DNA of 62,720 bases, filler included. It is 4 parts of 4 records of this genome, joined end to end, with 100 filler letters (N's around TTAATTAATTAA, not from the genome) between each part and the next. Parts side by side here need not be neighbours in the genome. Positions count along the whole stretch, not along the records: positions 24,538 to 40,290 come from DRR378314_2289; 3 more parts are not named here. One strand, 5' to 3'. Under the pieces are notes generated by a model. The model was given only the letters and a program-made list of their open reading frames with translations. It was not told where the DNA came from and searched no databases. Below are positions 24,438 to 36,200 of the stretch, one piece after another; the stretch's first letter is position 1; each line of letters opens with the position of its first letter. The position numbers were made by a program, and so were the translations under genes.

Positions 24438-24537
24438 NNNNNNNNNNNNNNNNNNNNNNNNNNNNNNNNNNNNNNNNNNNNTTAATTAATTAANNNNNNN
24501 NNNNNNNNNNNNNNNNNNNNNNNNNNNNNNNNNNNNN
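24438..24537. other. Artificial contig spacer
   Basis: 44 N + TTAATTAATTAA (stops in all six frames) + 44 N. Confidence 0.99.
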
Positions 24538-24539
24538 CG

Positions 24540-27500
24540 TCAGATGCCACGAGCATTGTCGAGGAGCACACGGCCGCGCTTGTTGCGGTTGTCGAGTACG
24601 CTAGTGCGTGCGGCCCGACGCCGGCGACCGATGCTGTTGCTGGCATGCTGCCGTGCATCCCTGTTCGTGGCATTGGATTTGCCGCTCGAACATGCCTCGT
24701 ATGCGCACCTGCGACGGGTATTCTACATCCTCGAGCAGCATCAAAGCACCAAGCGGCTCTTGGTGGAGCACTGCCTGCCCCGGCAATCAGTGGGTCGGAG
24801 GCGTGCGTTGCTCTGCTGCGAAGAGCGGGCTGCGCCAAGGAGCCGTGCTCAGGGGGCTCTGCTGCTGCCGTCGCAGCCACCGCTGCCGAGGCGGCGGCTG
24901 TCGCTGGCGATACGCGCGAGTGTGCAAAAGTTGTTGCGTGGGTGCAGAAGTATGCGCAGTCGATCAGTACATTGGCGCGCAGCGATGGATCAGAGCGCGG
25001 TGCTCCAGCTCAGGAAGAGGAGGATGGATCATTAGCGCGGCTGCAGGAAGCGATGCATTTCGAGGTGGATTGCGCGGCGCCGGCACCATGGTTTCCTTGG
25101 AAATCGAGCAGTCGCCCTATGCGACCTGCATCGCAGTGCTGTACTGCGGACCATGCTCTCGTGGCATCGTCGTCGCGGTATGTGGCGCTGGGAGCGCCGG
25201 ACACACCTGCTGTGCGCCGTCTGCTGGGGCTTGAAGTCGTGCCTGCCGATGTTGCTGGGGCGCAGCTTGCGGCACTCGCGCGCGCTGCCGACAGTATTCT
25301 GCAGGCGGAGGCAGCGTCCCATAGCGAGGCTGGCGAAGAGGCCCGCGAAGACAGTGGGGACCTCACGGGATCTCTCCCGCAGCTGCTGATTGACAGCGCA
25401 AATGCCACAATGGCAGCTCTTGCAGAATGCTGTGTGCGAGATGGGGCTGTTGCAGGTCGTCTGGCGGCGCGCGCGGCGCGGTCAGCCGGCGTCGCCCGCT
25501 GGGTGTGGACTGGGTCCTTTTTCGTCGAGCCGTCCGATATTGCTCTTGATGAAGGTGATACGATCCCGCCATTTGTCTATACCTTGTCCTCTGAAGCCGA
25601 TCATACGCTTCGCACAGTCGCCGTTGCATTATCAGCGCCGAACACGATGTCTCCTGTGCGCTACGCCGCGCACCTTGCAGCCCTTGCGCGCAAGCACGGG
25701 CAGGCTGCGCTGCCTGCGGCACACGCGCGCGCTGCGGCACACCTGGTCAATGGGTTCGCGAAACGGGCAAAACGGGCCGAGCTTGAGCGCCTTCGCGGCG
25801 CGCTTCCCGTTCCTGCATCAAATGGTGTACTGCATGCAGCTCGCGGTGTGTATGTGGACGATGCGGTGTGGCTAGCTCCGGCTGCCCGTCGCGGGGTTGC
25901 GCTCAGCCACCCAGATGTGGACAAGCAGGCGGCGTTTGCCGTTGGCTCGCCGTCGTTACGCGCCGCGCTGCAGCGCCGTGCGGGACGTGCACGCGCTCTT
26001 CCGTGTGCATCTGCGCCTCCTGCGCAGGTTCGTACGACTATCCGCGAGAATGAAGGTGTTGCCATGGCGCTTGGCACTCTTGCAATTGGTGATTTAGTAG
26101 CTTTGGCCGATGCTGCCGGAGCTAAGCACTGCGCTGTTGGTGTAGATGCGCGCGCGTGGGGTGGTGCCGCAGTCGTGCTGCCGACACTAGCCGCTGCCCA
26201 GGGTCCGGCACTCTGCGTGGCGTTCGATGCCGACCTTACCGACGAGTTGGTGGTTGCAAGCACAGTTGACACCTTGCACGTGGAACACTACGATACTGAT
26301 GCGGGGATAGCAGCTGCGATAAGGGCGCGCGGACTGCTACGCCGAGCGCTCGTTTGGGGCGACGTTGCGGTTGCGCGAGCCGGTGATCGTCTATACATCA
26401 TCGACCCAATCGGACGAGTGACCGCAGTCACGTGCGAACCCGACGATTCACGCGCCGGCACTAGCGAAGATGGCGATATCAATAGCGAAGCGGCGATTGA
26501 GCGCATGCTTTCGTCGCAGACCCGTGTGTTTTCGCTTCCGGAGAGCGATTTAGCGACGCAGTTTCCCGATACGCATGCGGCGCTGGCTGGCTGGGGATCC
26601 GCTGCTGTTGCCTGCCGGCGCGAAAGCGCATGGACACCCAAGACGATCATCCGCGTCCCGCTGCATGGTGAGGCGGTCACTCCAGATATGGCAGGAGAGG
26701 CATTGCGACGCGCTGCAATGGGGTTGAGCACCGGGATCGCGCTCGGTGAGAGCCTGGCTTCTGTGTACGCGATCAGTGTCGGATCTGAAGGGGACGCCAC
26801 CAACATCGGTGCAGCGCTCGTGCGGTCTGCTGGTCGGGATGGCAGCAGAGGCGATTCCAGGCACTCCCGCATCGAGCTGCTCGGGTCGTCTGTTTGGAGA
26901 CGGTTCTCGTTCTCAGCATTGGTAGGCGCCTATGAGCCAGAACGCGCCTTCCATGCGATCACCATTGAAGCAGGCGTGGCTCGTTCCCTGGCAGCGGATC
27001 GCGCCCATCCCTCTGCGGCGGAGGTCAGCCACTCCAGCCGCGCAGCCCAAGGAAGCGACGGCCGAGAAGACGCACGCGCGCGCGATGGTTATGAGCGGCG
27101 TGGTGACCTCGTTTGGCAAGAGGAGCAGTGGCGAGTCGCGGAAACAAGTTGTGCGTTGTCGATCCGGACGACGGCGCAAACCATGGTCAACGGATGTCCC
27201 TTTGTGAGTCCGCATGCCGCCGTTGCGGTCCGTACTGGGGTTTCTTCGCCCAAGCGCAAGGCGTCTGAAGAAGATGGCACTTTTGCGTCTGTGCCCGATC
27301 ATACCAGTCCTCCCGGATGCGCATTAGTAGGTGGATATGCTCTTTGCTGCACAGGCCTGCCCGCGGCAGTGCGCTTTGGGTGGGGAAATGTTGGCAGCGA
27401 TGCGTGGAATCAGACCGCAGCGAGCAGCGCGGTCGCCGACACGTATGGAGCGCTGATGAGAGTGCTAAAGCGCGAGCTGTGCGCAGATGCCGACACTTAT

Positions 27501-30500
27501 TACTCAATCTGGCCAAATTTGCGATTTTTAGACCAGGAGCTTGCCAGAGCTGTCGCCGATGACGCCGATGCGATTGCGAGCGCGCGAGTTGATGGCCTCT
27601 CGGGCCCGACCCCGTGGGCGATCGCTGCCGTTGGGGTCGGTGGTGTGGCAGCGCCATGGCCCCGATCGCGGGCGCTTGCGCTCGGCCGCGCCGTTGCACG
27701 AGAAGTCTACGGAACCGTTGTTGTAGAACGCTCGGTTTTCCTGACGCTACACGGCAGCGCACGGCGTCTGCACCAAGTGGCGTTATGCGATGGCGAGCTC
27801 CCCACCGACGTGTTGCTGGCGCTCGCGCATCTCGTAGAGCTGGCTGCGCCGCCACGGGCAGTCATCGAATCAATTGGACAGGGCCCGGGCCCCAGTGCGG
27901 TGCGTCGCCTTACGCCTGAGCAAGTGCGCACCGCGCTGCGCCATGTTTCTCGGCGCCTTCGCAGCCAGAGTCGCAGTGCATCCGTCGGGTCAAGCGCCGC
28001 TCTCAGCGCGCATGTCTCGTCGTCGTCTTCTGCCGTGGCCGCCGTCCGCAACGCTGTAGCTTCGCTTTCCGTGCGCAGCTGCAAGGCGCTCCTTCAGTTC
28101 TGCGTCTCTGACCTGCCTGCGTCTGCAGCTGGCGCCAAGGACATTGTTGGTGTTGCTTGTATCCCAATGGCAAATGGAACCGTCTCTGTTTTCCCGGGTG
28201 AGAGCGTGCAAGCATCCGAGTGCGTGTACATCGATCGGTGCACTCTACGTTTGGCAGTTCTGGCAAACGCGGAAGCCGGCGAGGAGGTAGAAAGAGATAC
28301 CACAGAGGAACCAAGGACGGATATGCAGGCAACCGAGGAGAGCGCCTCAGTTGAAGCGTTTCCTCCGCTCGCGCATCGAATTCTCCATCGCGCATGTGCT
28401 TCGGTCCCCACGATCGCATCCTATTTGTGTGATGCAGGTGTAGCTCGTGTTTTGGGAACAAAGGTACTTGATATCGACGCCGTTGTTGCCGCAGGAATCT
28501 TCGATGCTATGCTTCCGGCGTGCCTATCACCACGCAGCGAGCCGCAGGCGTACGGACGCGTTGTCGTGGCGCCCTCCGAACGCGTTCTTCGTAGCAATGT
28601 ACGAGAAACGCCGTGGAGCGCTTGGTTTGTCGCCCTGTGGCGCGCTGTAGATTCGAGCGCGATACCGTCGCGCGTAGCTGGCCAATGGTGTGTGCTTCCC
28701 GCCGATGATGCCTGTTCTGAGTTATGGCCGGCGCAGTGGGCGCCGTGTCTCATCGCCCCGGCGCGTGTCGACGCCCCGGGCGCAGAGGTGCTCGATACAG
28801 TTCGACAGGCACTTGTTGCGGCTGGACATCCTCGCTTGCATGCGAGTGCTCCTATTATTCCAATTCTCGGTATCGAGGCGGAAAGCGATGCCGAAATGCG
28901 CGCGAAGGGTCTCGTGCGAATTGCGCGCGCGTTCTGCTGCGGCCTGATAGACTTCACGGCGTTGGCTGCTTCAGATCGCATTCTCGTCGGCTCTGTTGCC
29001 GGTGACGATGAGGACGCGGTGGCGCGCCTCGGCGATGACGAGCTTTCTTGCATTGCGCGCATGCCCATCTTTGAGCGTGCCGACTCTCCGGGCACTTTCA
29101 TGGCTATCCGCGCACCCGCGCCGGGAGCCGCATTAGACGAGCAGGCGAGCGCAGGCCGCCAAGAGTCTCGACACTCCGTGGCTTCTCGTGACGAAGGATC
29201 TGCTGCTGCAGTTGGCGCTGTTCCATACGGGCAGCCTCGCGTGTTCGTGTGGTCTGCCCGCTCCGCTGTTCGAGCTTCGCGTGCAGAGTCCAGCGTTGTT
29301 GCGCGTCGATGGCTTCCGCTGCTGCGGCGCTTGGGTGTACCTGAGCTTGGCGACGCGGACGTGCTTCGCACGTTTGTGATTCCTCATTTCGCGTCACTTT
29401 CACGCGAGGAACAGCATCGCCACATTGTGGAGATCTTTCGCCAGTGGGACGATCTGGGCAGCGATCACGAGCTCGTGGCAGCACTGCGCGAGCTTGCGTT
29501 TGTTCCCCGCTCGCACCTGGCTCCGCGCGCAGCACGTGATGGTGCCGTCGAGAGCTCACTGGCGCGCCCGCAGGATCTTTTGGATCCATCCGACGTGCTC
29601 CTTTCTCGCGTCTTTTCGGACTCTGCGTCGTTCCCTCCCGCTGCCATGCGTAACCCAGCGTGGTTGGAGTTTCTTGCAGCGCTAGGGCTGCCGCGTCGCG
29701 CTACCTCGGAGTCTTCGCTCGGGGCCGGCATGCTGCATCGCGCGTTCGTTCACCTGGACATGCGCGCGCGTTCTTCCGCGGCCACTGAGAGCGCTGCAGC
29801 AACGGCGTCTCTGCGCGGAGATGCATGGGAGCTGTGCAAGGCTCTTTGCGCCGAGTGGCACGCGATCGGAACCGACCCGGATGTCCGTCGGTCGCTCCGG
29901 ACGCTCTGCATTTTCCCTGCCGTGCCGCCGCAGTGCACAGGGCCGCACCGCGCACTGTTTCCTCTCAGCGAGTGTATCGTCGCTGATGATTGGGCGCTGG
30001 CGTACCGCGTGCGCGCCGTTCTCGACGAAGAAATCACTCCACCGCAGGCAGCGTGGGAGATCGGCGGACTCAAATCGCCACCTCCACTCGAAGACGTGCT
30101 TGCGCATGCTGCAGGGGCATCCAGCGGCGCAGAAGGCCGTTCGCACGAGCTCGCGTCGTGGCGCGGCTCGCAAGGGCCGGAAGTCGCTGCCGCGGCGCTG
30201 CTGCGGCATCTCGCCACCGCTCTGGCAACCGAGCGCGATCAAGAGAGACTTGCAGTCTTGCGCGATCGCTGTTCCATCTTGCCATTGGTGCCGGCGGGCA
30301 CCCGGATGCTGCGTCCATGCGACGTGTTTTTGGACCTGGAGCGGCCTGTGCCTCCGTTTTTGGCGCCGTGCCCCGTCGCGCTGCGTCCGCTCGCCGGCGC
30401 TCTCGTGGAGCTGGGCGCGCGTCAGGCGCCTGACGCGGCAACTGTGGCCTCGGTACTGGCTCGGCGTGCATCGCGGCGCGATGCGCTTACTCCAACTGAA

Positions 30501-32252
30501 CTGCATTCCGCGATCAAATGCTTAGAGCTTGTTGTGTCGCTTCACGATGAGTTTGTGCAAGCATCGGAGCACGCGCAGGCATCGAGGGGAGGCAGTGGCG
30601 CAGAGGCACCCGAGGAGCCGGGCCGCTCGGGATCCGCGGCGCGCAGGTGGCCATGGCGACGGCGCGAGCGCGAATCTCGCTCAGTGGAGGCTGAGGCCCG
30701 TCGGACAGAGCGTGCTATTGCAGAATTACATGTTCCTTCCCTTGCCTCTGTGCTTGTTCCAGCGCGTGATTGTGTATATGATGATGGGACTGGACTATGG
30801 CGTCGAGTGGCTGAGAGTTGTGCGCAGCGTGCCGTGCATCCGAAAGTACGCTCCGCGATCGCACGGGCAGCCGGCGTTCCCGCCGCCTCCGCAGCGCTGA
30901 GCGAAACTCTTGCGCGAGACGACAAGCGCGCTGCCATGACCGTCTATCATGCTGCAACTCAGGATGGAAGTAATGGAAACCAAATCGCTGAATTAGCTGC
31001 AGAGGAACTCGACGACATGCCCTTGCGCATAGCCGCAACGATCGTGAGGCGGGTGGTCGCTGCTCTGCACTTGGCGTTCTCGTCGGTGCCGCAGGAGAGC
31101 GCTCCCAGAGCGCTCCCGGAGAGTCAAACGGCTGCACCCACGTACCCATCGTTTTCAGTTGTACCAGCGGTACACACCAGCATTGTAGATACGATATCAC
31201 ACTGCATCGTTGGGGAAGTTGCTGCTCGCCCCTTCTTTTTCGACAGGGAGGAGGCGCGCGTGTATGTGGCCGCCGACCCGCTTGCTACGCTTCCTCTCCG
31301 GTGCGCCCAGGCCTATAGCGCCACGCTTGCAGCGGGTGACCCATCTCTGGAAATGGTTGAAGTTGCTTTCGACAGTGTTCGCATGCAGACTCTTTCGTTG
31401 GGTGCTGACACACGCACGCCACAGAGCTCTACGATTGCGGAAGGGCAGGAAGCATCCGTGGCCTCTGCACGCACAGCGGCGCGCCTGCAGCACGAGGCGC
31501 AACGCGGCGATCCCGGCGTCGCCCTTACTCCCGAGGACGAAATGGCACTGCGCTATCGACCGCTGCGCAGGCTGGAAATGGACGAGATCGTCGCTGTCGT
31601 CGCAGAGGGCTCTGCAGCGCGAGATCCCACAGATATAGACGCGAGAGGTGCTGTGTACGCTCGCGTTGCTGAGGATACTTCGCAGAACGCCGTTGCTGGT
31701 TTGCATGCTGTTCGCGTAGAGGTCTCGCCGTTGGGATTCGCACGTGTTCCCGCGTCGCGCCTGTACACGTTTGCTGAGCTCGATGCCGATGCGTATTTGT
31801 CGGAAAGTGGAAATCGATTGCTCCCTGCCAGCGAAGACCACACTGGAGAGCGTGTAAATGACGCAGTGCGACAGCAGGAACGCGCACAGGATGAACGCGG
31901 TCGCGATGCGGAAGATGTGGCGGAAGCCCTTCGGGCGCTGTGCGAGCGTCTGGGAATCAGCCTCGACCACGCCACAAGTGCGCGCGCCGCGGATGCGCTC
32001 CAGTTCCGCCAAGCTGCCTCGCAGGCCGAGCAGCGCGTTGCGAGGCTGGAGGCCCAAGTGCGCGAGCTAGAGCGCGATCTCCGCGAGCGCGACGAAAACT
32101 TGCTCTGCCCCATTTGTCAGACCACCGAGGTGAATATGGCGCTCGGCTGCGGGCACGCGCTCTGTATCGAGTGCAGGCAGTGCCTGCACGAGCTCAAGTG
32201 CCCAATGTGCCGCGCCAACATCGTTCACGAGCAGCGATTGTTCCTTTCGTGA
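24540..32252 (+). CDS. Sacsin-like protein (plant/protist type) with a C-terminal C3HC4 RING; 5' partial
   Basis: The frame is open from the contig start (SDATSIVEEH...) for >2,560 codons. Sacsin-repeat motifs include RWVWTGSFF, VYVDDAVWL...HPDV...AFAVGSPSLR, DLVALADAAGA...QGPALCV, LARPQDLLDP and GDPGVALTPED...RPLR...EIVAV. It ends in a coiled coil plus CPIC...CGHALCIEC...CPMC (32106-32210). Confidence 0.88.
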   Translation, partial: SDATSIVEEHTAALVAVVEYASACGPTPATDAVAGMLPCIPVRGIGFAARTCLVCAPATGILHPRAASKHQAALGGALPAPAISGSEACVALLRRAGCAKEPCSGGSAAAVAATAAEAAAVAGDTRECAKVVAWVQKYAQSISTLARSDGSERGAPAQEEEDGSLARLQEAMHFEVDCAAPAPWFPWKSSSRPMRPASQCCTADHALVASSSRYVALGAPDTPAVRRLLGLEVVPADVAGAQLAALARAADSILQAEAASHSEAGEEAREDSGDLTGSLPQLLIDSANATMAALAECCVRDGAVAGRLAARAARSAGVARWVWTGSFFVEPSDIALDEGDTIPPFVYTLSSEADHTLRTVAVALSAPNTMSPVRYAAHLAALARKHGQAALPAAHARAAAHLVNGFAKRAKRAELERLRGALPVPASNGVLHAARGVYVDDAVWLAPAARRGVALSHPDVDKQAAFAVGSPSLRAALQRRAGRARALPCASAPPAQVRTTIRENEGVAMALGTLAIGDLVALADAAGAKHCAVGVDARAWGGAAVVLPTLAAAQGPALCVAFDADLTDELVVASTVDTLHVEHYDTDAGIAAAIRARGLLRRALVWGDVAVARAGDRLYIIDPIGRVTAVTCEPDDSRAGTSEDGDINSEAAIERMLSSQTRVFSLPESDLATQFPDTHAALAGWGSAAVACRRESAWTPKTIIRVPLHGEAVTPDMAGEALRRAAMGLSTGIALGESLASVYAISVGSEGDATNIGAALVRSAGRDGSRGDSRHSRIELLGSSVWRRFSFSALVGAYEPERAFHAITIEAGVARSLAADRAHPSAAEVSHSSRAAQGSDGREDARARDGYERRGDLVWQEEQWRVAETSCALSIRTTAQTMVNGCPFVSPHAAVAVRTGVSSPKRKASEEDGTFASVPDHTSPPGCALVGGYALCCTGLPAAVRFGWGNVGSDAWNQTAASSAVADTYGALMRVLKRELCADADTYYSIWPNLRFLDQELARAVADDADAIASARVDGLSGPTPWAIAAVGVGGVAAPWPRSRALALGRAVAREVYGTVVVERSVFLTLHGSARRLHQVALCDGELPTDVLLALAHLVELAAPPRAVIESIGQGPGPSAVRRLTPEQVRTALRHVSRRLRSQSRSASVGSSAALSAHVSSSSSAVAAVRNAVASLSVRSCKALLQFCVSDLPASAAGAKDIVGVACIPMANGTVSVFPGESVQASECVYIDRCTLRLAVLANAEAGEEVERDTTEEPRTDMQATEESASVEAFPPLAHRILHRACASVPTIASYLCDAGVARVLGTKVLDIDAVVAAGIFDAMLPACLSPRSEPQAYGRVVVAPSERVLRSNVRETPWSAWFVALWRAVDSSAIPSRVAGQWCVLPADDACSELWPAQWAPCLIAPARVDAPGAEVLDTVRQALVAAGHPRLHASAPIIPILGIEAESDAEMRAKGLVRIARAFCCGLIDFTALAASDRILVGSVAGDDEDAVARLGDDELSCIARMPIFERADSPGTFMAIRAPAPGAALDEQASAGRQESRHSVASRDEGSAAAVGAVPYGQPRVFVWSARSAVRASRAESSVVARRWLPLLRRLGVPELGDADVLRTFVIPHFASLSREEQHRHIVEIFRQWDDLGSDHELVAALRELAFVPRSHLAPRAARDGAVESSLARPQDLLDPSDVLLSRVFSDSASFPPAAMRNPAWLEFLAALGLPRRATSESSLGAGMLHRAFVHLDMRARSSAATESAAATASLRGDAWELCKALCAEWHAIGTDPDVRRSLRTLCIFPAVPPQCTGPHRALFPLSECIVADDWALAYRVRAVLDEEITPPQAAWEIGGLKSPPPLEDVLAHAAGASSGAEGRSHELASWRGSQGPEVAAAALLRHLATALATERDQERLAVLRDRCSILPLVPAGTRMLRPCDVFLDLERPVPPFLAPCPVALRPLAGALVELGARQAPDAATVASVLARRASRRDALTPTELHSAIKCLELVVSLHDEFVQASEHAQASRGGSGAEAPEEPGRSGSAARRWPWRRRERESRSVEAEARRTERAIAELHVPSLASVLVPARDCVYDDGTGLWRRVAESCAQRAVHPKVRSAIARAAGVPAASAALSETLARDDKRAAMTVYHAATQDGSNGNQIAELAAEELDDMPLRIAATIVRRVVAALHLAFSSVPQESAPRALPESQTAAPTYPSFSVVPAVHTSIVDTISHCIVGEVAARPFFFDREEARVYVAADPLATLPLRCAQAYSATLAAGDPSLEMVEVAFDSVRMQTLSLGADTRTPQSSTIAEGQEASVASARTAARLQHEAQRGDPGVALTPEDEMALRYRPLRRLEMDEIVAVVAEGSAARDPTDIDARGAVYARVAEDTSQNAVAGLHAVRVEVSPLGFARVPASRLYTFAELDADAYLSESGNRLLPASEDHTGERVNDAVRQQERAQDERGRDAEDVAEALRALCERLGISLDHATSARAADALQFRQAASQAEQRVARLEAQVRELERDLRERDENLLCPICQTTEVNMALGCGHALCIECRQCLHELKCPMCRANIVHEQRLFLS

Positions 32253-33207
32253 GATTGTTGCACACCCGTGCAATGCCAAGTCGGTCTTCGCGGACCTCTG
32301 TATTTCTTGTGGAGTGAAGTAGGGGATTTTGTTTCTTTCGGCGACGTTTTCGTTGCTACACTCGGTCGCTCGATGGCGATCCCACGCTCTCGTGAAGGTC
32401 ACCCTCGCCGTGTTGTAGCCACCCTTCTTTCTTGCTGTCGTTATGGGAGCCAATCTGTATGTATATATGATTTACCGGAATGGGATAGTTTCGGAATCCG
32501 TGGGGAGCATTTTTTCTTCCTTGCCCCCCCCCTTTTTTTGTCTGCGGTGCTGTATGAATGTAGCGTCAAAGTTCTCTACAATACAATTCCCCTGCTGTGT
32601 CCGTTGTACCTGCCTCCTAGCTGGGATACATGAACGTCCGGGATGGCGTTCTGCAACGTGCGCACGCCCCGTGCAACCGATTTCGCATCGAATTTGCTCG
32701 TGAAAGCAAGATGAGGATCGCGGATACTCTACTGCTGGCGTGCAGCTGCGTGTGGGGAGGCGGTTCTCGCGGGCCGCTGCCGCTGCGGAACCCTTGCGGA
32801 GCTGCTCGTGTGGAACCAGAGCACGGGGAAGGAATCGCGCGCCCATCCCATTGCGACCACACGCACACAACAAGTTCCTTGTATTATCATTGGTTGTTTG
32901 GTCATAAAATAGCAGTGCACGCCTGATGGAACCAAGGCCACGAACACCATGGTAGCTCATGTAAGGCGCAAGCAGGCCCGGCCCGAACCAGGTCGGGCGG
33001 CCCCGCTGCAGCGGAACGAAGCGCGGAAGCTCCTGTACACACCGTAGTCGCGCGCGCACGAGCCATACGCGAGCACGAGACGCTACGACTTTGACAAAAG
33101 CACGCGCAATTTTCCACTATGCGTCACACAGTGTCACAACGTGTTCGGGACGAGCCGCTCTGTACGGGGTCTGTGATCATCGGGCGTCGCGGCTGCGGCC
33201 CACAGCG

Positions 33208-36200
33208 CTAGCGGATATACTTCGGCACGCGCTCCGCGATGGAGCTCGGGGTCACGCCGAGGTCACGAAGCGTAAGCGCTCCGGTCGACACCACATTGTC
33301 TTGCTGCAAGAGCTGAAGCTGTACAGCACCCCACAGTAATATTGAACCGGAGAGAAGGAAAGGCAAATGCAAAAATGTTGTGTCATGTGAAAGCGGCGGA
33401 AACATGCATCCGCACGGAGATACTAGGACGGTACAGCACGTCTTGTGTGCTAGAGAGAGACTCCGGTCCCATTTGCACGCGAGCCGCATTCAGCCCCGTG
33501 ATGCTCGTGCGAGCCGCATCCGACCTCGCCATACGCACACTAGCAGCTCGCAGCCTCGCTATACGCACGCGAGAGGCTCTCAGCCTCTCGATGGTGGCAC
33601 GATCCCGGCACACCGCAAAACACCGTCAGAATCTGCCAACTGGCGCCCGTTGACCGGCCCCATACAGCCCATGTACACGTGGCCTTTCTTTGCGTACACA
33701 ACGTACCTGGTCAGGGGTAAGACACAGCGGCTCCGGCATGCGCTTGAGCACTGTCTTTGCGAGAATCTCGCTCGCGCGCAGTGGAACGGGCGCAAGGAAG
33801 CGACGGCCCTTCAGGCCGCGATACTCAATAACCCGCTGCAGTGAGGAGGCGACGCAGCATACCAGGCAGATAAAAGTGGTTAGCAGTATTCGCGATTACA
33901 TCAGCCGTGCACAAAGAACGTGGAAATACGCAGCAGCGTGACTGCCGTGTGCGATCGCTTTACAGTTCCAACTCTTTCGCACAATGACCTCTCACTCGAC
34001 CCCTGCTCTCCGTTGAGAGCTTTCCCATGCTTCGCACTTCGCAATACAGGAAAGCGAATACGTCCAAATGCACCCTGGCCAGCATTGCAGTGTTCGCTGC
34101 ATAGCGCGGCACTCTACGAACACAAGCTCCATTCGCGAAACGCATCCGCGCACGTATGTGAACGAGCGAGAGCGAGAGCCTGCTGCAGCAGCGCCGCCTC
34201 TTACCTCGAAGACTTCGCGGAGCGAAACCACATCAGGCCCTCCGAACTCGAACGTGGCAGACTGGGCCTTGTCGTTTCCGAGGCAATTCACAATTCCCGT
34301 CGCAACATCGTGCACATACACGGGCTGAAACAGCGCTTCACCGCCGCCGAACAGCGGAATGACGGGGAATAGTCCCACAAGAGTCGAAAACCTGGGAACA
34401 CAGCACCGTGCCGGCATACCCGCGGTACTTTCGTGTGAGGCTCGGAAAAAAAGGAGGAATTGCCCTTGTGTATCGTCCCCGATGAGAATGCGAGTGTGCG
34501 CAATTTGGAGACAAGGCCGGGCGGGGCAAAGGGCACGTGCTTCACGTTGGAAATTACCTCATCTGCTGTGCAGGTGAGCTCTACGGCCTTGAGCGCAGAT
34601 CCTCTGATGGATTCTTCGGTGAGCGCTGTGCACAATTAGGGACAGAGCACCAGTCGCCGCGGAACACACCGTGCGTACTCGGCTGCTCTACGTTCTTGGC
34701 AGGGAGGGGTGGGGATTGCGGCGGCATTCAGCGAAGGACGCACCTGTTGAAAAACTGGTCTTCTGCTCCGAACACAACGCTGCGCGGACATTAAAATTGT
34801 CGGAAGGCGTGTCGGGTGGGAAACGTAAGTAAGCGGCGTGTGTGCATATCTATTTCTCATTCGCCACAGGCGCACATCAGCTAAAGGATTTCCATTATCT
34901 TCAAGTCTCCGCCAGATGCGGAGCCTCCACTCGTGAGTGCGAATCGCATGGGTCCCGCCAGTTCCCTTGGTGCGCATCGAAGCACCGACGGTTCCATGGA
35001 TGTGCCTTTCACTCTACCGCGTTTGCGAAAAAGGATGACGCGAGCACGTATGACGAATAAACAAGGAGCAGAGTATGAAGCAGGCGAGCGATGCCTTGTG
35101 CTCTAGATGTGTCAACTGCCGCGCTCTCCTTTCTTCTTCCGTCGGAATCGAACTAACCTGGGACGGACGATCGTTGCAGACGGGACCGCCGACCGCACTG
35201 CGCCTTCAGCATCACCTTTCGCACGCTGCATGGCAAGCCCGTGAGGCGATATTCAGTCAAGAAGAGACGAGGAAAGCAGCAATCTACCAGAAATGCTGAG
35301 AGACAGCAAATGTCTACTGTAGGCAAGCCTGTAGAAGCGAGCGTGTGCAGCGCGCCCCTCGCGCGCTTCCCGAGCAACATGACGTTCCCACATTCTCTCA
35401 ACTTAAGTGGTACATGGTAAAGCCGTTCAGAATGCTGTCATCAGAGATACGCACCGAATACGCAGCAGCGCCACTCGAGTCTGCGCCGATGGCGCTCACG
35501 TGTACCATGTTCTTGATGCCCGCGGCCTTGGCAGCCTCGGCAATCAACGACGCCGGTGCGATGATCGAATTCTGGAACGTCTGCCAGCACCACACGCCAC
35601 CATCGTACCGTGTGATATTCAAGAGCGACACACAGCCTTGGTTAACGTGGAAGTATACTTCATAGCGCACGAAAAGCAGAATTCGTTCGGGGCGTCGACG
35701 GAAACGAGCGAGGGGCCGGTGCGCAGCGCTACGCACGGCGGCACTGGTGGTCCGGCAGGCGCGCACTGCTCGCACACTAGCTACCTCCGAGCTCCGTGGG
35801 ACGCTCGCGGCACCCAGCTCGTGCAAATGCAGCGCCCTCCGAGGAAACAATGGTATTCAATCTGCTACAATATTACTGTTCTTTCGTGTAGCAGGCTGGT
35901 AAACCTCTGTTGGCACCGGGCTCCCGCCGCGCAACGGCGCACCTGCTTCTTTTTGGCGTCTTCGCGAAGGATGGCCACAAGGTTGACAGCCGCGTCGGCG
36001 CCTTCCAGCGCAGACGCTGCCGTATCCGCGCCTAGCGATCCGATTTCGACACACTCGACCTGTTGCGCGCCCGTCGAAGCATCGTATCTCCCTACAAAAA
36101 ACCATCGGTTTGTAAATTTTGACCAATACGGACGAGCGAAGATCACCAAGGGGCGTGGAAAGCTTCGCAACTGGGGAGCGGTCACCGACTCGGAAACCTT

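Noticed and set aside
24482-24493. TTAATTAATTAA palindrome repeated three times in the window
   Set aside because: Synthetic six-frame stop linker inside N runs; not a biological repeat or CRISPR.
32472-33117. Minus-strand ORFs between sacsin and the NDUFA9-like gene
   Set aside because: No conserved motifs; compatible with UTR or intergenic sequence.
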